DNA of 64,000 nucleotides from a virus (lineage: Duplodnaviria; Caudoviricetes). The notes beneath the pieces are model-generated. The model did no database searches. It was not told where the DNA came from and was given only the letters and a program-made list of their open reading frames with translations. Of the stretch, positions 48,624-58,967 are shown in pieces. The stretch covers positions 2,050 through 66,049 of IMG/VR virus record IMGVR_UViG_3300027985_000282; one strand, 5' to 3'. The translations under genes and the position numbers were made by a program. Each line of letters opens with the position of its first letter. Positions within the stretch are counted from its first letter, which is position 1.

Positions 48624-49558
48624 TGTTTCTCCTTATGGCTGTATTTACAGATTCCAGCTTTCCACAGATTGCATAATGAATAACATGCATGTGGATAGCC
48701 TTCTAGTTCTTTTATTATATAGGATGTACCAGTTTTAGCACCTAGCAGCTTTTCACCTAACAATGGGAATGCTGCTTCTTTACTGTAAAACGTTGAGTTC
48801 TTTATGGCTGTATTTGATACAACGCCCTTAGTGACCTTATAGATTTTAAAGTAGTTAGGGTCTGCTTCACGCTCTTCTGCATTGCAATAAGGTATTTCAT
48901 TGATGTGCTTATCTTTATACAACTCATGCTTTGTTATCTTAGCGTGTAACCATTGTTCAATTCTTTCATCACTCCATATGTCTAACTGTATCATTGGTGC
49001 TGGTATCTCACTGATATATTTAGATCGTATGCTCTTCGTCGGAGTCCAGTCTTTAAAGATTGGCAGATAGTAGATGTAGTCTACTCTACCTCCTGACTTA
49101 GTTATTAACCATCTATATATGTTAGCTTTTATTGTCCATTCATGTTTACGTCTATCTGTAATTTCTTGCTGTGTTGACATTGTTTTGTAGTCATATAACA
49201 CATGTACTCCTTTTATTTGTAGAAGGTCGATCGTGCCTCCTATGCAAACATCGGTATCTAGCTTCGTATTCGAATATTCGTTAAACATAAGGTCTATATG
49301 AAACTCTGTCTTGTACTTCTTGTAGTCTTTGAGCAGTAACTCTAGTGCTATATGCATGAGTGTTCCTGTGAATGCAGCAAATGCTCTACTTGCATATATT
49401 TTACCGTCTGCGTGATTTAACTCTCCCCATAGCCTCCGTGAGCCAATCGTTAGGCTGCTCGGTGTGTACTGAGCTTTCCCTTTGCTGTATGCTTTGATCG
49501 TTTCCATCATTGCTTCTAGTATCGGTATCGGTAATTGTATGTCGTTGATTAGTTGCAT
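48620..49558 (-). CDS. PD-(D/E)XK (Cas4/RecB-like) exonuclease
   Basis: GT.MH..LE, GGTIDL, LYDYKT and a C-terminal Cys cluster. Confidence 0.8.
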   Translation of the reverse strand: MQLINDIQLPIPILEAMMETIKAYSKGKAQYTPSSLTIGSRRLWGELNHADGKIYASRAFAAFTGTLMHIALELLLKDYKKYKTEFHIDLMFNEYSNTKLDTDVCIGGTIDLLQIKGVHVLYDYKTMSTQQEITDRRKHEWTIKANIYRWLITKSGGRVDYIYYLPIFKDWTPTKSIRSKYISEIPAPMIQLDIWSDERIEQWLHAKITKHELYKDKHINEIPYCNAEEREADPNYFKIYKVTKGVVSNTAIKNSTFYSKEAAFPLLGEKLLGAKTGTSYIIKELEGYPHACYSLCNLWKAGICKYSHKEKH

Positions 49559-49765
49559 TTCTATTCCCTACTATTGTGAACATAATGTTGTGCTCTTTGT
49601 TAAATGTGTCATCACACTGCACCTTATGACATTGTATGTTATGTCTCTTTGTGTAGAATGCACACTTTGAACATCCAGCATACTTTATCACTTTAACTCT
49701 TATACTGTCTATTACGTGTATATCTCCTTGAGTAAATGACTGTATTTTGTACAGTTCGTCTCTTG

Positions 49766-50968
49766 TCATGCTAACTCCATTCTTACAACTGTGCCATATT
49801 TGTGTACTATTCTGGCATAGTCTTTGTTTACTAGAAATATTGTAGGCACTAAACACCCTTTACTTGTTACATCTATATCTGAATACCCGTCTGTAGCAGA
49901 TATAAGGAACTGAGGTTTATGTTTGTTAACGTATTCATACACTTCTTTATGTGACGTGCCACCACCTTTCTTGATTTTATTTATCATTTCATCTAGGTCT
50001 GAGTTTGACTTTATATCATACTGGTCTACAATCCTATCATTTGCTACTAATACGTGTAGATGTATGTTTCTGAAGAGCTGCACCATTCTTCTACACTCTG
50101 CGAATATAGCTCTGATTATCTTTACATTCATAGATGATGATACATCTATATGTAATACTCCTACACATTGCTCTGCTGGAGTAGAACCTGGTAACACCAA
50201 TCTCATACTAGCGTACTTTCTGCTTGTACGTTTCCATGTCTGCTTTCTTTCGCCAAAAGACGTAAAGAATCGTGCTAGTATGCCTTTCCAGTTAGTTGAT
50301 ACACGTCTCATAGACTCTTTAATTGCAGCTGTGACTGCTTGTCTATCTGATTGCGTATTAAACTGTGCCGCAATGTTCATTGCTTCTGTGTTGTCGATGT
50401 CTACATTCAGCGTGTCATTGCTATTTCCATCGTCGCCATAGATGTCATCTAGCATGAATTGAGAAGTGTCTATACGTTTACGTATTAACTCCTCTTCTAA
50501 AGACTTAGCTGTGTATGTTTGACAGTCTGTGATACAGTCTGTGTCTCCGTCTAGATTCGTAAATATGAAGTTATACGTCTTGTTAGCTTGTGACGTTATT
50601 TTTGGAGTTACTACACCTTGCGATAATTCTTCTCCATCTAGTAGAAGCAATGCATTCACTTTAACATCGCATGCTATTAGCAACTCATTAGATGTATGCT
50701 TTAGTAATATATGCTTTAATGAGTAATGCATAATTTCATGCTTTAGTACCACTCTTAACTCTTTAGGAGTCATACGTTCTACAAAGCTAGGAGACCATAG
50801 TATATTCTTTTTATTGTCTATAGCCATTGTGTGAATTGTATCATCTCTCATTACTCTATGCTTTGCTAATATTACAGCGAAGAATGCATCTTTAGGAGTC
50901 AGCTTTAGAGCTATCTTTGCTTTCAACACTTTATCTTCTAGCTCTTTTAGCTCTTTTTCTGTATACAT
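49766..50968 (-). CDS. Metallopeptidase-like (HExxH) plus VWA domain protein (DUF2201-like)
   Basis: HEIMH, IACD..VN, DVSSSM (MIDAS), GGGTS and TDG. Confidence 0.85.
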   Translation of the reverse strand: MYTEKELKELEDKVLKAKIALKLTPKDAFFAVILAKHRVMRDDTIHTMAIDNKKNILWSPSFVERMTPKELRVVLKHEIMHYSLKHILLKHTSNELLIACDVKVNALLLLDGEELSQGVVTPKITSQANKTYNFIFTNLDGDTDCITDCQTYTAKSLEEELIRKRIDTSQFMLDDIYGDDGNSNDTLNVDIDNTEAMNIAAQFNTQSDRQAVTAAIKESMRRVSTNWKGILARFFTSFGERKQTWKRTSRKYASMRLVLPGSTPAEQCVGVLHIDVSSSMNVKIIRAIFAECRRMVQLFRNIHLHVLVANDRIVDQYDIKSNSDLDEMINKIKKGGGTSHKEVYEYVNKHKPQFLISATDGYSDIDVTSKGCLVPTIFLVNKDYARIVHKYGTVVRMELA

Positions 50969-52117
50969 TTATCCTCCCATAATGTATGGTGCTACTTGCA
51001 GTAGTAACTTCTGTCCTGACGTATGCTTATTTACAGCTTTAATGAATTGATCGTCGCTTCTGTTCACCATTAAGAACATGCTTATTGCTTCATCTGCATC
51101 TATACTACTCATCAATGATATTACTTTGTTAGTATGCTTGTTTGTTTTGTAGTATTCTGCTATAGCTCCTGTTGCAAAGAACCTCTGAGCTGCTGTAAGG
51201 TCTTTGAATAACCTAGGATCGTCTAGTATTTTTTCTACATTTACAGATGCTGCATTATTTATGTATGCTTGGTACTCTATAGCCCAATTCTCTCCTACAC
51301 TCGGTGCTATTGTTAGCGTTGTCTGTTCTGGTGTCATTGTACCTAGCGTTTCTTCTGCTAACAGGTCTTGTCCTGCAACTGCTACTGACCTAGGTGTTGG
51401 AAATGAATCAATTCCTTCTTCTACATCCATTACTGGAGTAAACAACGCTTTAGGACTATACTGCACGAACGATATTACATGATGATGTACATTATTCTGT
51501 GATGCCCATGGTGCCCATTCTTTAGGCGAAGGAGGCATAAGTTCTACATTCTTAAACCTATTCTTAAGTGGTGCAGGTCGTTCTGTAACTGCCGCACCGT
51601 CTTCAGCTCTGTTACCTGCAGATATTATACGTATACCAGATGAGAAGGTTAAATCTCCTACTGATCTGTCGTGTATCATATTATATGCTGCATTCATAAT
51701 TGCTGTAGCAGCGTTTGGTAACTCATCGAAGAAGAGTATACCTGATATAGGCTTAGATAGTAAATAGAACACATCTGGTACAACCCATCTTACATATTCT
51801 TTTACTAGTGAAGGCATACCGTTAATATCTACTATCTCTTTAGTTGATAAACGTATATCTACTAGTATGTAATGCTGTGCAATTCGTTCGTCTGGCATCA
51901 TAAGTAATGCTTGCTTTTCTTTAGGTGTAAGTCTGTTCCATTCTATGAATGCCATATTGTTCAATGATGCTGTTCTTTTTGCAAAGTCTCTTATTCTCTC
52001 TGACTTGCCTATGCCTGGTGCTCCTGCAATGTATAGAGGACGGTCATATCGTATGCACTGCTTAAGTACATAGTTAAACTGCTGGCTGTTTACACGCATG
52101 ATCCCTCCAATACCCAC
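50969..52117 (-). CDS. MoxR/dynein-related AAA+ ATPase
   Basis: GAPGIGKS, LFFDE, AGNR, PLKNRF and PTPRS. Confidence 0.88.
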   Translation of the reverse strand: MGIGGIMRVNSQQFNYVLKQCIRYDRPLYIAGAPGIGKSERIRDFAKRTASLNNMAFIEWNRLTPKEKQALLMMPDERIAQHYILVDIRLSTKEIVDINGMPSLVKEYVRWVVPDVFYLLSKPISGILFFDELPNAATAIMNAAYNMIHDRSVGDLTFSSGIRIISAGNRAEDGAAVTERPAPLKNRFKNVELMPPSPKEWAPWASQNNVHHHVISFVQYSPKALFTPVMDVEEGIDSFPTPRSVAVAGQDLLAEETLGTMTPEQTTLTIAPSVGENWAIEYQAYINNAASVNVEKILDDPRLFKDLTAAQRFFATGAIAEYYKTNKHTNKVISLMSSIDADEAISMFLMVNRSDDQFIKAVNKHTSGQKLLLQVAPYIMGG

Positions 52118-52740
52118 ATTGCTATCTTCTTCTTGTCATCTTCTAGGTGTATATACGAGTTTCTCAATGCTTCAATGTCTGATTGACTCAGTGGTAACTG
52201 TATTCTTTGTATCAGCCTTGAATGCGAATACTCTACATAGAGTTTCGTTCTATTCATGTTCATATACCACTTACAGTTTTTCCCTATTCCTATCATCAAC
52301 ACTGATGCATTGGATACTCTTCCTACTGGTGCTTGCACAAATACTTTGTCAGATGTTCTGAAGTATGTATACTCTACTGATACATTGAACTTAGGATATA
52401 CTACTGTAAATGTTGTATCAGTATTGCTTTCCCATTCTCCTTGCATATAGAAGCCTAGCGACTGTACAGGTTCATCTGTCCATGTTGATTCCCTGATAGC
52501 TGCCTGACTCATCTCATTAGCATATTCTTTCATCCATGTAGATACATCACTTGCTATCTTTGTTAACTCCATCTGTACATCGCTAAGTCTTTCCTTCATG
52601 ACTTGCATAAACTTTACTCTTGTTTTTGCTGCTATGAATAGCCTGGAGTATTGCTTTGTAAATGCATTTGATGCGGCTTCCCATGCTTCATTCTGCATAG
52701 CCTCACGTGATTCGTGAGTTCCATACATGCTTTTAAACAT
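52090..52740 (-). CDS. Hypothetical protein
   Basis: AAGGAG SD. Confidence 0.55.
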   Translation of the reverse strand: MFKSMYGTHESREAMQNEAWEAASNAFTKQYSRLFIAAKTRVKFMQVMKERLSDVQMELTKIASDVSTWMKEYANEMSQAAIRESTWTDEPVQSLGFYMQGEWESNTDTTFTVVYPKFNVSVEYTYFRTSDKVFVQAPVGRVSNASVLMIGIGKNCKWYMNMNRTKLYVEYSHSRLIQRIQLPLSQSDIEALRNSYIHLEDDKKKIAMWVLEGSCV

Positions 52741-53035
52741 TGTCTCTCCTTTGCAGGTTTACGTCCTTAAGGATTTGCTCTAGTGTATCATCCTGTCTGT
52801 TCATTGCATATTGCTTGTCTGCAATGAACAACGATGCAACTAGAGCTGTTTCTTTGAACACTTCATTATAATCGTTCCACCAGTATCCACTATCATACAT
52901 TCGTAAACATAGAGCCTCCATAGGTGTCTTAGGTATCAACTCAAAGTTGTCATCTATTCCTACTATAGACTTTAATCCGCTTATTCTCTCGAATGTTACT
53001 AGTGGTGTTACACATGAAACTTGTATACGAGGCAT
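52733..53035 (-). CDS. Hypothetical protein
   Basis: AGGAGG SD. Confidence 0.55.
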   Translation of the reverse strand: MPRIQVSCVTPLVTFERISGLKSIVGIDDNFELIPKTPMEALCLRMYDSGYWWNDYNEVFKETALVASLFIADKQYAMNRQDDTLEQILKDVNLQRRDNV

Positions 53036-53045
53036 ATATCCTCCT

Positions 53046-55112
53046 TTAATTTGAAAACTCTATAGCTGGTACGATCTCAACCTCCTTAGAGGTTAATTCT
53101 CCTATCATCCTTCTTTCACCGTCATAGTCGTAGTGATACATCGGCAATGATGCTCCTTCACGATTAGCTGCTAACCACAATGACATGACAGTGTCGTGTT
53201 GCCCAGTGTCTGACGGGTCTACTGGTTTATATGGTCTACACGCTGTAAGGATTTTGTTAGCCATAGCCATTACAGCTTGTCCTCCTTTCCCAGCGTCTGG
53301 ATTTATAACTGCTCTACCTCCACCATCAACACCTTTAGTTGGCTGTGTAGGCACTATTAATGCCCAATGGTTAGTTTTTACCAGATCAGGCAAGTATCCT
53401 GCTAAGTATTGCATACGTGCTGTTTCATTGACGATACGTGCTTTAGGATTGTTTGGCTTTTCTTCATCTCTTACGGGTATGATTTGTAAGTAGTCTCCTA
53501 TAACAGCTCTGATCTTTATTCCATGCTTCAATTCTATACTGTTTACATGAGATTCCCAGTCTTGTACTGGTACTCTACCTGTATCAATGATAAATATATG
53601 CTTGGTACGTTCGTAGAACTCTATAGCATCTATAGGGTCTAACAAGTCTAAACCAAGCATCTTTGCTAGAGTTTTAGCAACGTTTCCTCTGCCTATCTCA
53701 TACGAGAACACTACGATTGGCATCCCACCTCTAAGTGCCATTGTAAGAGCTATCATCGTTTTACCAACTTTAGCACCCGCAATGATTAGAAGTATCTCAC
53801 CTTCAGCTGGTTCTAGGTACACATCCATCTTAGGGAAGATTCTACCTAGATGAAATTTAGGAGTTGTGTCTAGTGCTGCATCTTGTACACCTCGTATAAC
53901 GTCTTTCATGTCATACAATGAATGCTGTCTAGACTTGCCTGCCCAGAATTGACATGTGTTGTTGTGTACACAGAACTTATCAGTATACTCGTCTTTACAT
54001 AGGTTATACTTTGTAGTGTCTATATATCTAAATACAGACTTTATCTCTGATTCCTTCATCGGGTCTTTGAATAGATGTCTGTTCCATGATGTTAATACTC
54101 CCCATACTAGTGGAGGGGCTAATTTCATATCATGTGCAAAGAATGACATTATACGTAGCAATGCATTGTTACGATGATCTCCGTGTCCAATGTTTGCTTG
54201 CATCATATTCCATATACATGCTTTTTGATTGTATGGCGATGGAAAGTCGTGCTTAAACTCTACTGTCTCTGGTAGTTGCAACGCTGCTTCATTGTACTCA
54301 AGTTCCCACCTATGCTGTATACCTGTAAAATCTGGGAAGATCAGTTCATCTAGAAACGCATCCTGTATTACAGGCTCTACGTATACATATTCGTATTCAC
54401 CTTTGGTCATATCGGGATTCTTTAATGTACCCTTCCATATAACCTTGGTTTTCAATGCTCCTGTTTTGTTATGAGCAGTGAATGGCATACGAAATGTTGT
54501 GTTTATTGCATATGGAGCCATATCTATGAACTCTGCCATGCTAGGGAACCACTTCTTTACCATGTTCGCAAACAGCTTGTTAACTCTGTCTGCTCTGTTT
54601 TTCAATTCGTCTGGAACTTTTATATACGCCATAGGAATATAGAAGTGCATACCTTTACGTCCTGAAGCGTATTGGTGATGCATGATCTTATTTTCTTCTA
54701 GTGCTTGGACGAATGGACGTATAGCTGTTGAGAAGCGTAATGCTTTCTCTTTCAGCTCTTCATCTGAGTATATCTTGTTAGGTTCTAACTTCATATCTAC
54801 GTCTATGTATAGCCAATTGCTATACACATTTCCATTGTAACCAGACGTTGAGCCGCTGTGCTGCTCCATATACGTAATAATATCGTCATCGTATGTGAAG
54901 CATGACAAGTACCCTGTACGAGCTTTGCATAGCTTCAATCCTGCTGTATATTCACCTTTAGATACGTCTATTGGATTCTTTGCTAGATACATGTCCATCT
55001 CTATCTGAGAGTTGAACTTACGTGATACATGTGACCGTTTAATTTTTGCAACTTCTTCTGGGAGTATTGCTGTCCTTAGTTCAGCAATGTCTTCTGTGTA
55101 TAGATAAACCAT
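53046..55112 (-). CDS. AEP primase(-polymerase) fused to a DnaB/RecA-like helicase
   Basis: YIDVD, SGRKGMHFY, FRMPFT.H.KTG, GDHRNNAL (PriCT-like), AGAKVGKT and IGDYLQ. Confidence 0.85.
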   Translation of the reverse strand: MVYLYTEDIAELRTAILPEEVAKIKRSHVSRKFNSQIEMDMYLAKNPIDVSKGEYTAGLKLCKARTGYLSCFTYDDDIITYMEQHSGSTSGYNGNVYSNWLYIDVDMKLEPNKIYSDEELKEKALRFSTAIRPFVQALEENKIMHHQYASGRKGMHFYIPMAYIKVPDELKNRADRVNKLFANMVKKWFPSMAEFIDMAPYAINTTFRMPFTAHNKTGALKTKVIWKGTLKNPDMTKGEYEYVYVEPVIQDAFLDELIFPDFTGIQHRWELEYNEAALQLPETVEFKHDFPSPYNQKACIWNMMQANIGHGDHRNNALLRIMSFFAHDMKLAPPLVWGVLTSWNRHLFKDPMKESEIKSVFRYIDTTKYNLCKDEYTDKFCVHNNTCQFWAGKSRQHSLYDMKDVIRGVQDAALDTTPKFHLGRIFPKMDVYLEPAEGEILLIIAGAKVGKTMIALTMALRGGMPIVVFSYEIGRGNVAKTLAKMLGLDLLDPIDAIEFYERTKHIFIIDTGRVPVQDWESHVNSIELKHGIKIRAVIGDYLQIIPVRDEEKPNNPKARIVNETARMQYLAGYLPDLVKTNHWALIVPTQPTKGVDGGGRAVINPDAGKGGQAVMAMANKILTACRPYKPVDPSDTGQHDTVMSLWLAANREGASLPMYHYDYDGERRMIGELTSKEVEIVPAIEFSN

Positions 55113-55139
55113 ACTACTCCTTGCTGTTCTTTAGCATAG

Positions 55140-55162
55140 AAAAAAGGAGGCATTGCCTCCTC
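55140..55162 (-). terminator. Intrinsic terminator
   Basis: Minus strand gaggaggc-aat-gcctcc-tttttt. Confidence 0.75.
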
Positions 55163-55164
55163 TG

Positions 55165-55749
55165 TTAGAATTTTAGATTCTGTGGTGGTACTACAGTGTT
55201 TGATGTCATATTTGCTACAGTACTTTGTGTGCTTGCAACATTAGTTGTGTTAGTAGCTTTAGGCTTAGGAGCTGTAGACGTTAAATCTGCCATATCAACT
55301 AGAGTTCCTACGTGTGATATAGGCATCAATGCAAAGATGTCTTCATCTTTACGTTTGTGAATACCGTTCTGCAGAATTGCATGGTATGCCTTATCAGGAT
55401 TCTTAGGATTTGTGTACTGAGGATATAGCAGTGCTGCTACTTTAGCACCTTTACACGCATTGATTCTAGCCATCACATTCTGTATAGGCTCTTCAGGTGT
55501 AGTTGGTTGCATTCCGCATGCTACTAATAGCATATCAATCACTGCTTTCTTACCAATATCTTTTTCGTTGGTAAGATATATAGACTCTGGATATGTAGCA
55601 TTTGAACCTTCTACCTTAATCTCTGCTACAGTAAACTCTCCTTTTTGTGAACTTACCTCTTTAAGTCCTACAAACTCTGCTGCATTGTACCCTGTAATAA
55701 ATGTTGACCCTCCGCCAACTGGAATATCTTCGATACCTTTCATTGTCAT
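55165..55749 (-). CDS. Candidate single-stranded DNA-binding protein
   Basis: Lies between the AAA_24 ATPase and the primase; flexible C-tail ending in F; inference only. Confidence 0.4.
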   Translation of the reverse strand: MTMKGIEDIPVGGGSTFITGYNAAEFVGLKEVSSQKGEFTVAEIKVEGSNATYPESIYLTNEKDIGKKAVIDMLLVACGMQPTTPEEPIQNVMARINACKGAKVAALLYPQYTNPKNPDKAYHAILQNGIHKRKDEDIFALMPISHVGTLVDMADLTSTAPKPKATNTTNVASTQSTVANMTSNTVVPPQNLKF

Positions 55750-56432
55750 TCCTCTTCTTCATATTTACGTATTTTAGCTAGTATTGTTGCTAGCTCATTA
55801 GGTTCTTTAGGCTCGAACATGCCTTTAGGTGACTTGCATATACCAAAGCCATTAGTTTTGAAGTAGTGCTCGTCCTGCAATGTAACTTCTGCTTGTAACA
55901 CAATGTCGAAGTATCCTTGCGGTACAACTACTTCATTGTAGTACTCTCCAGGAATTACAAGCTCTTCTTTACTTCTATGCTTTTGCCATATGAATATCGT
56001 CTCTACATCGAATTGTTCTGCAAGATTTGCTTGTGAGAATGCATCTGTTATAAATGCTTTCACACGAACATATATTGCACGTGTATCTTTATCTGTCGCT
56101 GCTTGTCTGAACTGTTGCTCTAGGTTTAGCAACATATACTGAAAATCATCAAACACTACATACTTAAACTTACGTTGTCTTGCTAGTAGGAATATATTAC
56201 TTATCTTGCTAACAAATGCTCCGTCTGGTTGCTTTGCATACGGTTCTTGTATGTATATTACATTACCTTCTGACCAGTCATCTGACAATGCCTGATAGTG
56301 CTTTTTAAAGCCTTTCATTGGTATAGCCATCTTACTAGTCGATTTGACTAGCAGTGTTTCTGCTGGTGGTAATGAACCTAGTGAGTGCGACTTTCCTGAA
56401 CCGCTGTATCCTGTAACCAGTATCATCCTCAC
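55746..56432 (-). CDS. AAA_24 / Sak4-like ATPase
   Basis: GYSGSGKS, VFDDFQY, FDIVL, KSPKGMF and NEL..I..IR.Y. Confidence 0.8.
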   Translation of the reverse strand: MRMILVTGYSGSGKSHSLGSLPPAETLLVKSTSKMAIPMKGFKKHYQALSDDWSEGNVIYIQEPYAKQPDGAFVSKISNIFLLARQRKFKYVVFDDFQYMLLNLEQQFRQAATDKDTRAIYVRVKAFITDAFSQANLAEQFDVETIFIWQKHRSKEELVIPGEYYNEVVVPQGYFDIVLQAEVTLQDEHYFKTNGFGICKSPKGMFEPKEPNELATILAKIRKYEEEE

Positions 56433-56460
56433 TCCTAACTAGTATCATGTTTACTCCGAC

Positions 56461-56489
56461 AAAAAAAAGGGAGTCGTTGCTCCCTTTTT
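56461..56489 (-). terminator. Intrinsic terminator (possibly bidirectional)
   Basis: aaaaagggag-caacga-ctcccttttttt on the minus strand. Confidence 0.8.
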
Positions 56490-56507
56490 ATACTCTGCTA
56501 TTATGAG

Positions 56508-57110
56508 TTATTTACGTGCGGCAAGTATACCATCAATCTCTTCTACTGATACTTTGAAGATATTACAGATCATCTCTTTAGGCATACCATTGTCGTATGC
56601 ACTTAGCACAAACTCAGCTCTTGCTTTGTTCAATGTATTAGTTGCAGGAGCAGCTTTCAATACCCACTCTGATTCAGGTACTACTTTGGCAATCTCTTCA
56701 ATGATTGAAGGATTAGGTTCTGTTACAAGAGTTGCCTCTGCTGTGATAACTGATGTGTATTCTTCACCTTTGTCATTTACCTTAATCTCTGTCCCACCTG
56801 TAGGTTTGTTGTACTTGTAGGTCTTTCCGAAATAGATAGCTCCTACGATTTTTTGTGCAGAGATTCTTTTTTGCTCAGGCAGCTCACCTGTTATGAAATA
56901 CTCTATAATATCCTCTTTCTTACCACCTGTTGTTGCAATGCCTAGCATTACTAGGTCTTTAGGCAGTCTCTTTACGATTCCTACCGATTTCTTTGGCAAA
57001 TCACCTGTTAACTGTGCTACCTTTTTAGTTGTTTCAGTAGTCTCAGTTGTTTCATTTGTTTCAGTGATTTCTGTTTCCATGTCTTCATTCAGTGTCTCAA
57101 ACGGTGTCAT
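56508..57110 (-). CDS. Protein with a TET-repeat N-terminus and probable C-terminal HTH
   Basis: ETNETTETTETT; YDNGMPKEMICNIFKVSVEEI. Confidence 0.5.
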   Translation of the reverse strand: MTPFETLNEDMETEITETNETTETTETTKKVAQLTGDLPKKSVGIVKRLPKDLVMLGIATTGGKKEDIIEYFITGELPEQKRISAQKIVGAIYFGKTYKYNKPTGGTEIKVNDKGEEYTSVITAEATLVTEPNPSIIEEIAKVVPESEWVLKAAPATNTLNKARAEFVLSAYDNGMPKEMICNIFKVSVEEIDGILAARK

Positions 57111-57173
57111 ACGATCTCCTATTTTAGTTTACTGCTTCTTGCAGTGTTAGTTGTTTAGTTTAAGGCTTGTAAC

Positions 57174-57512
57174 TTAATTGCTAAAAGCGTTCTCGTCAAT
57201 CTCTAATGCTGCACATGCCCATAGTTCTGGTGTAGGTAGAGCACTTAGTACATAGCAATACTCTACTGCTAGTTGTACTTTCTGTTCAAACTGTAATGAT
57301 GACTTGTTGATGTTGTCTAGTGTGCGTTGTACGCATGGCAATAACCATGCATCTTGTACTCCATCATCATCATATTCTACATCTTCATTTACTATTTGTA
57401 CATATATCACATTGCCTATATGTGCTAACATTTGCAGTGTAATTACATCTCCTTTCTTTATAGCTTTGTATGCTACTGATTCGCTTGGTGGTTTCCTGTC
57501 GCTAAAGAACAT
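57174..57512 (-). CDS. Hypothetical early protein
   Basis: AGGAGGAG SD. Confidence 0.55.
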   Translation of the reverse strand: MFFSDRKPPSESVAYKAIKKGDVITLQMLAHIGNVIYVQIVNEDVEYDDDGVQDAWLLPCVQRTLDNINKSSLQFEQKVQLAVEYCYVLSALPTPELWACAALEIDENAFSN

Positions 57513-57524
57513 ACTCCTCCTTTA

Positions 57525-57956
57525 TTATACGTATATTATGTTCATTGCTCTGTGCTCTAAATACTTGCTGTATCTTGCTTTGTTTACGTGTATGACATGA
57601 TACTTGTTAGTCTCGTCATCTTTAATGTATGCTACACCGTTTACAGATACATACACTTTGTGTGCATCTTTTTGCGGACTATCTCCGTTACCGTACATGA
57701 GTTCAACTCCGTTGTTATATACACATGCATATCCAAATAGTGCTGCATTTTCTGTTATTAAGCGTATCGTGGAGTATTCACTATAAGGCACATCTGCTAG
57801 TACCTCATTGTTACTGTATCCGCCTTGTTTCAATGCTTTGTCTTGCTCACTATACATTGCTAGCAGCTTACCTTCTAGCGTAAGCATGATTATGCCTCTT
57901 ATCGCTAATGCTAACATAATTACACCGCTTTTTGTTTCATATTGCTTTGGTGGCAT
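57525..57956 (-). CDS. Hypothetical early protein
   Basis: AAGGAG SD. Confidence 0.55.
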   Translation of the reverse strand: MPPKQYETKSGVIMLALAIRGIIMLTLEGKLLAMYSEQDKALKQGGYSNNEVLADVPYSEYSTIRLITENAALFGYACVYNNGVELMYGNGDSPQKDAHKVYVSVNGVAYIKDDETNKYHVIHVNKARYSKYLEHRAMNIIYV

Positions 57957-58272
57957 TGTTGCACTCCTTTACTAGCTGTTGTTCTAGCTCGTTTAATACT
58001 GATTCGTGCGGATACATATGATCGTAAGGATCGTACTCTGGTTCTAGCCATTCAGACCATCCTCTTTGCATATGTACTCGTTTACGCAGTGCTTTGAGTG
58101 TCTGCAATTTCTTCAGTTTCTCTTCTAGCGTATCTTGCTTTGATATGCTTACAGCTTCGTGTATATAGCCAGCATTGTCTGTATTGAATAGCTTTTCATA
58201 GATTGGCAGCCTATTTTCTATGTATGTTTTAGTCTCTATACGCTCTTTAGCTCTTAGTAGCTCTTTATTCAT
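57937..58272 (-). CDS. Hypothetical early protein
   Basis: Overlapping operon packing. Confidence 0.5.
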   Translation of the reverse strand: MNKELLRAKERIETKTYIENRLPIYEKLFNTDNAGYIHEAVSISKQDTLEEKLKKLQTLKALRKRVHMQRGWSEWLEPEYDPYDHMYPHESVLNELEQQLVKECNNATKAI

Positions 58273-58579
58273 TTTCTGCTCTGCCTTTCCATAGTATATC
58301 TAGATGATGCAAGAACGCTTCGCTTTGTCTAATTCTCGAATAGAGTATGCGAATGTACTTCTGTGTTCTCATCATTGCTTGATACAGAGCTTCTCTTTCT
58401 GTACTGTGAGCATATGATAACCTTTTATCTTTAAAGCATCTCTTCTCTTTACCATCTACTAATATTATTACAGAGCACTTTGTTTCTCTTAATACTTCGT
58501 AGACCCTACGATGTGTAGAAACGTATCCTGACATTTTTACAGTCTTTTCGTATCTGTACCACTGTTTCTTCTCATTCAT
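58265..58579 (-). CDS. Hypothetical early protein
   Basis: GAGGT SD; VLRETK...KR...YAH.T..EA motif. Confidence 0.55.
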   Translation of the reverse strand: MNEKKQWYRYEKTVKMSGYVSTHRRVYEVLRETKCSVIILVDGKEKRCFKDKRLSYAHSTEREALYQAMMRTQKYIRILYSRIRQSEAFLHHLDILWKGRAENE

Positions 58580-58967
58580 TGCACTTACCTCTTAATAGTC
58601 CTATGCAGTACAACTCTATTAGGTAGAACTGGCTTAGTTTCTTCTGTATGAACTTACCTCTGTTACGCAGAATTTTTACTGGTATCACTGTACTACAATC
58701 TGCTCTGCTTTTAAGTGCAGACACTAGCTCTTTGTAAGTGTTATTTTCTAAGCATCCCATAACGTGCTTTTCTGAAACAAAACCTATGTTGTATACGCAG
58801 TGCTCACACTCTAATACGCTTTTATCTATTCTTATCTGCTTTGCTGCTATACACAATGGACAATACATAGTTGATATGTTATTGTTATCTACTATGTCTA
58901 TCTTTGTCTGTCGCTTAGCTGTCTGGTAATAATTGAGCAGCTTCGCTAATGCTTTGTAGTTGTACAC
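58572..58967 (-). CDS. Cys-rich (CPLC...CEHC...C) hypothetical protein
   Basis: Zn-finger-like spacing. Confidence 0.5.
   Translation of the reverse strand: MYNYKALAKLLNYYQTAKRQTKIDIVDNNNISTMYCPLCIAAKQIRIDKSVLECEHCVYNIGFVSEKHVMGCLENNTYKELVSALKSRADCSTVIPVKILRNRGKFIQKKLSQFYLIELYCIGLLRGKCNE

Noticed and set aside
49401-49856. 151-aa ORF as given in the track
   Set aside because: It overlaps both neighbours extensively. A shorter gene starting near 49769 (MTRDEL..., CxxC) is plausible, but its boundaries are uncertain.
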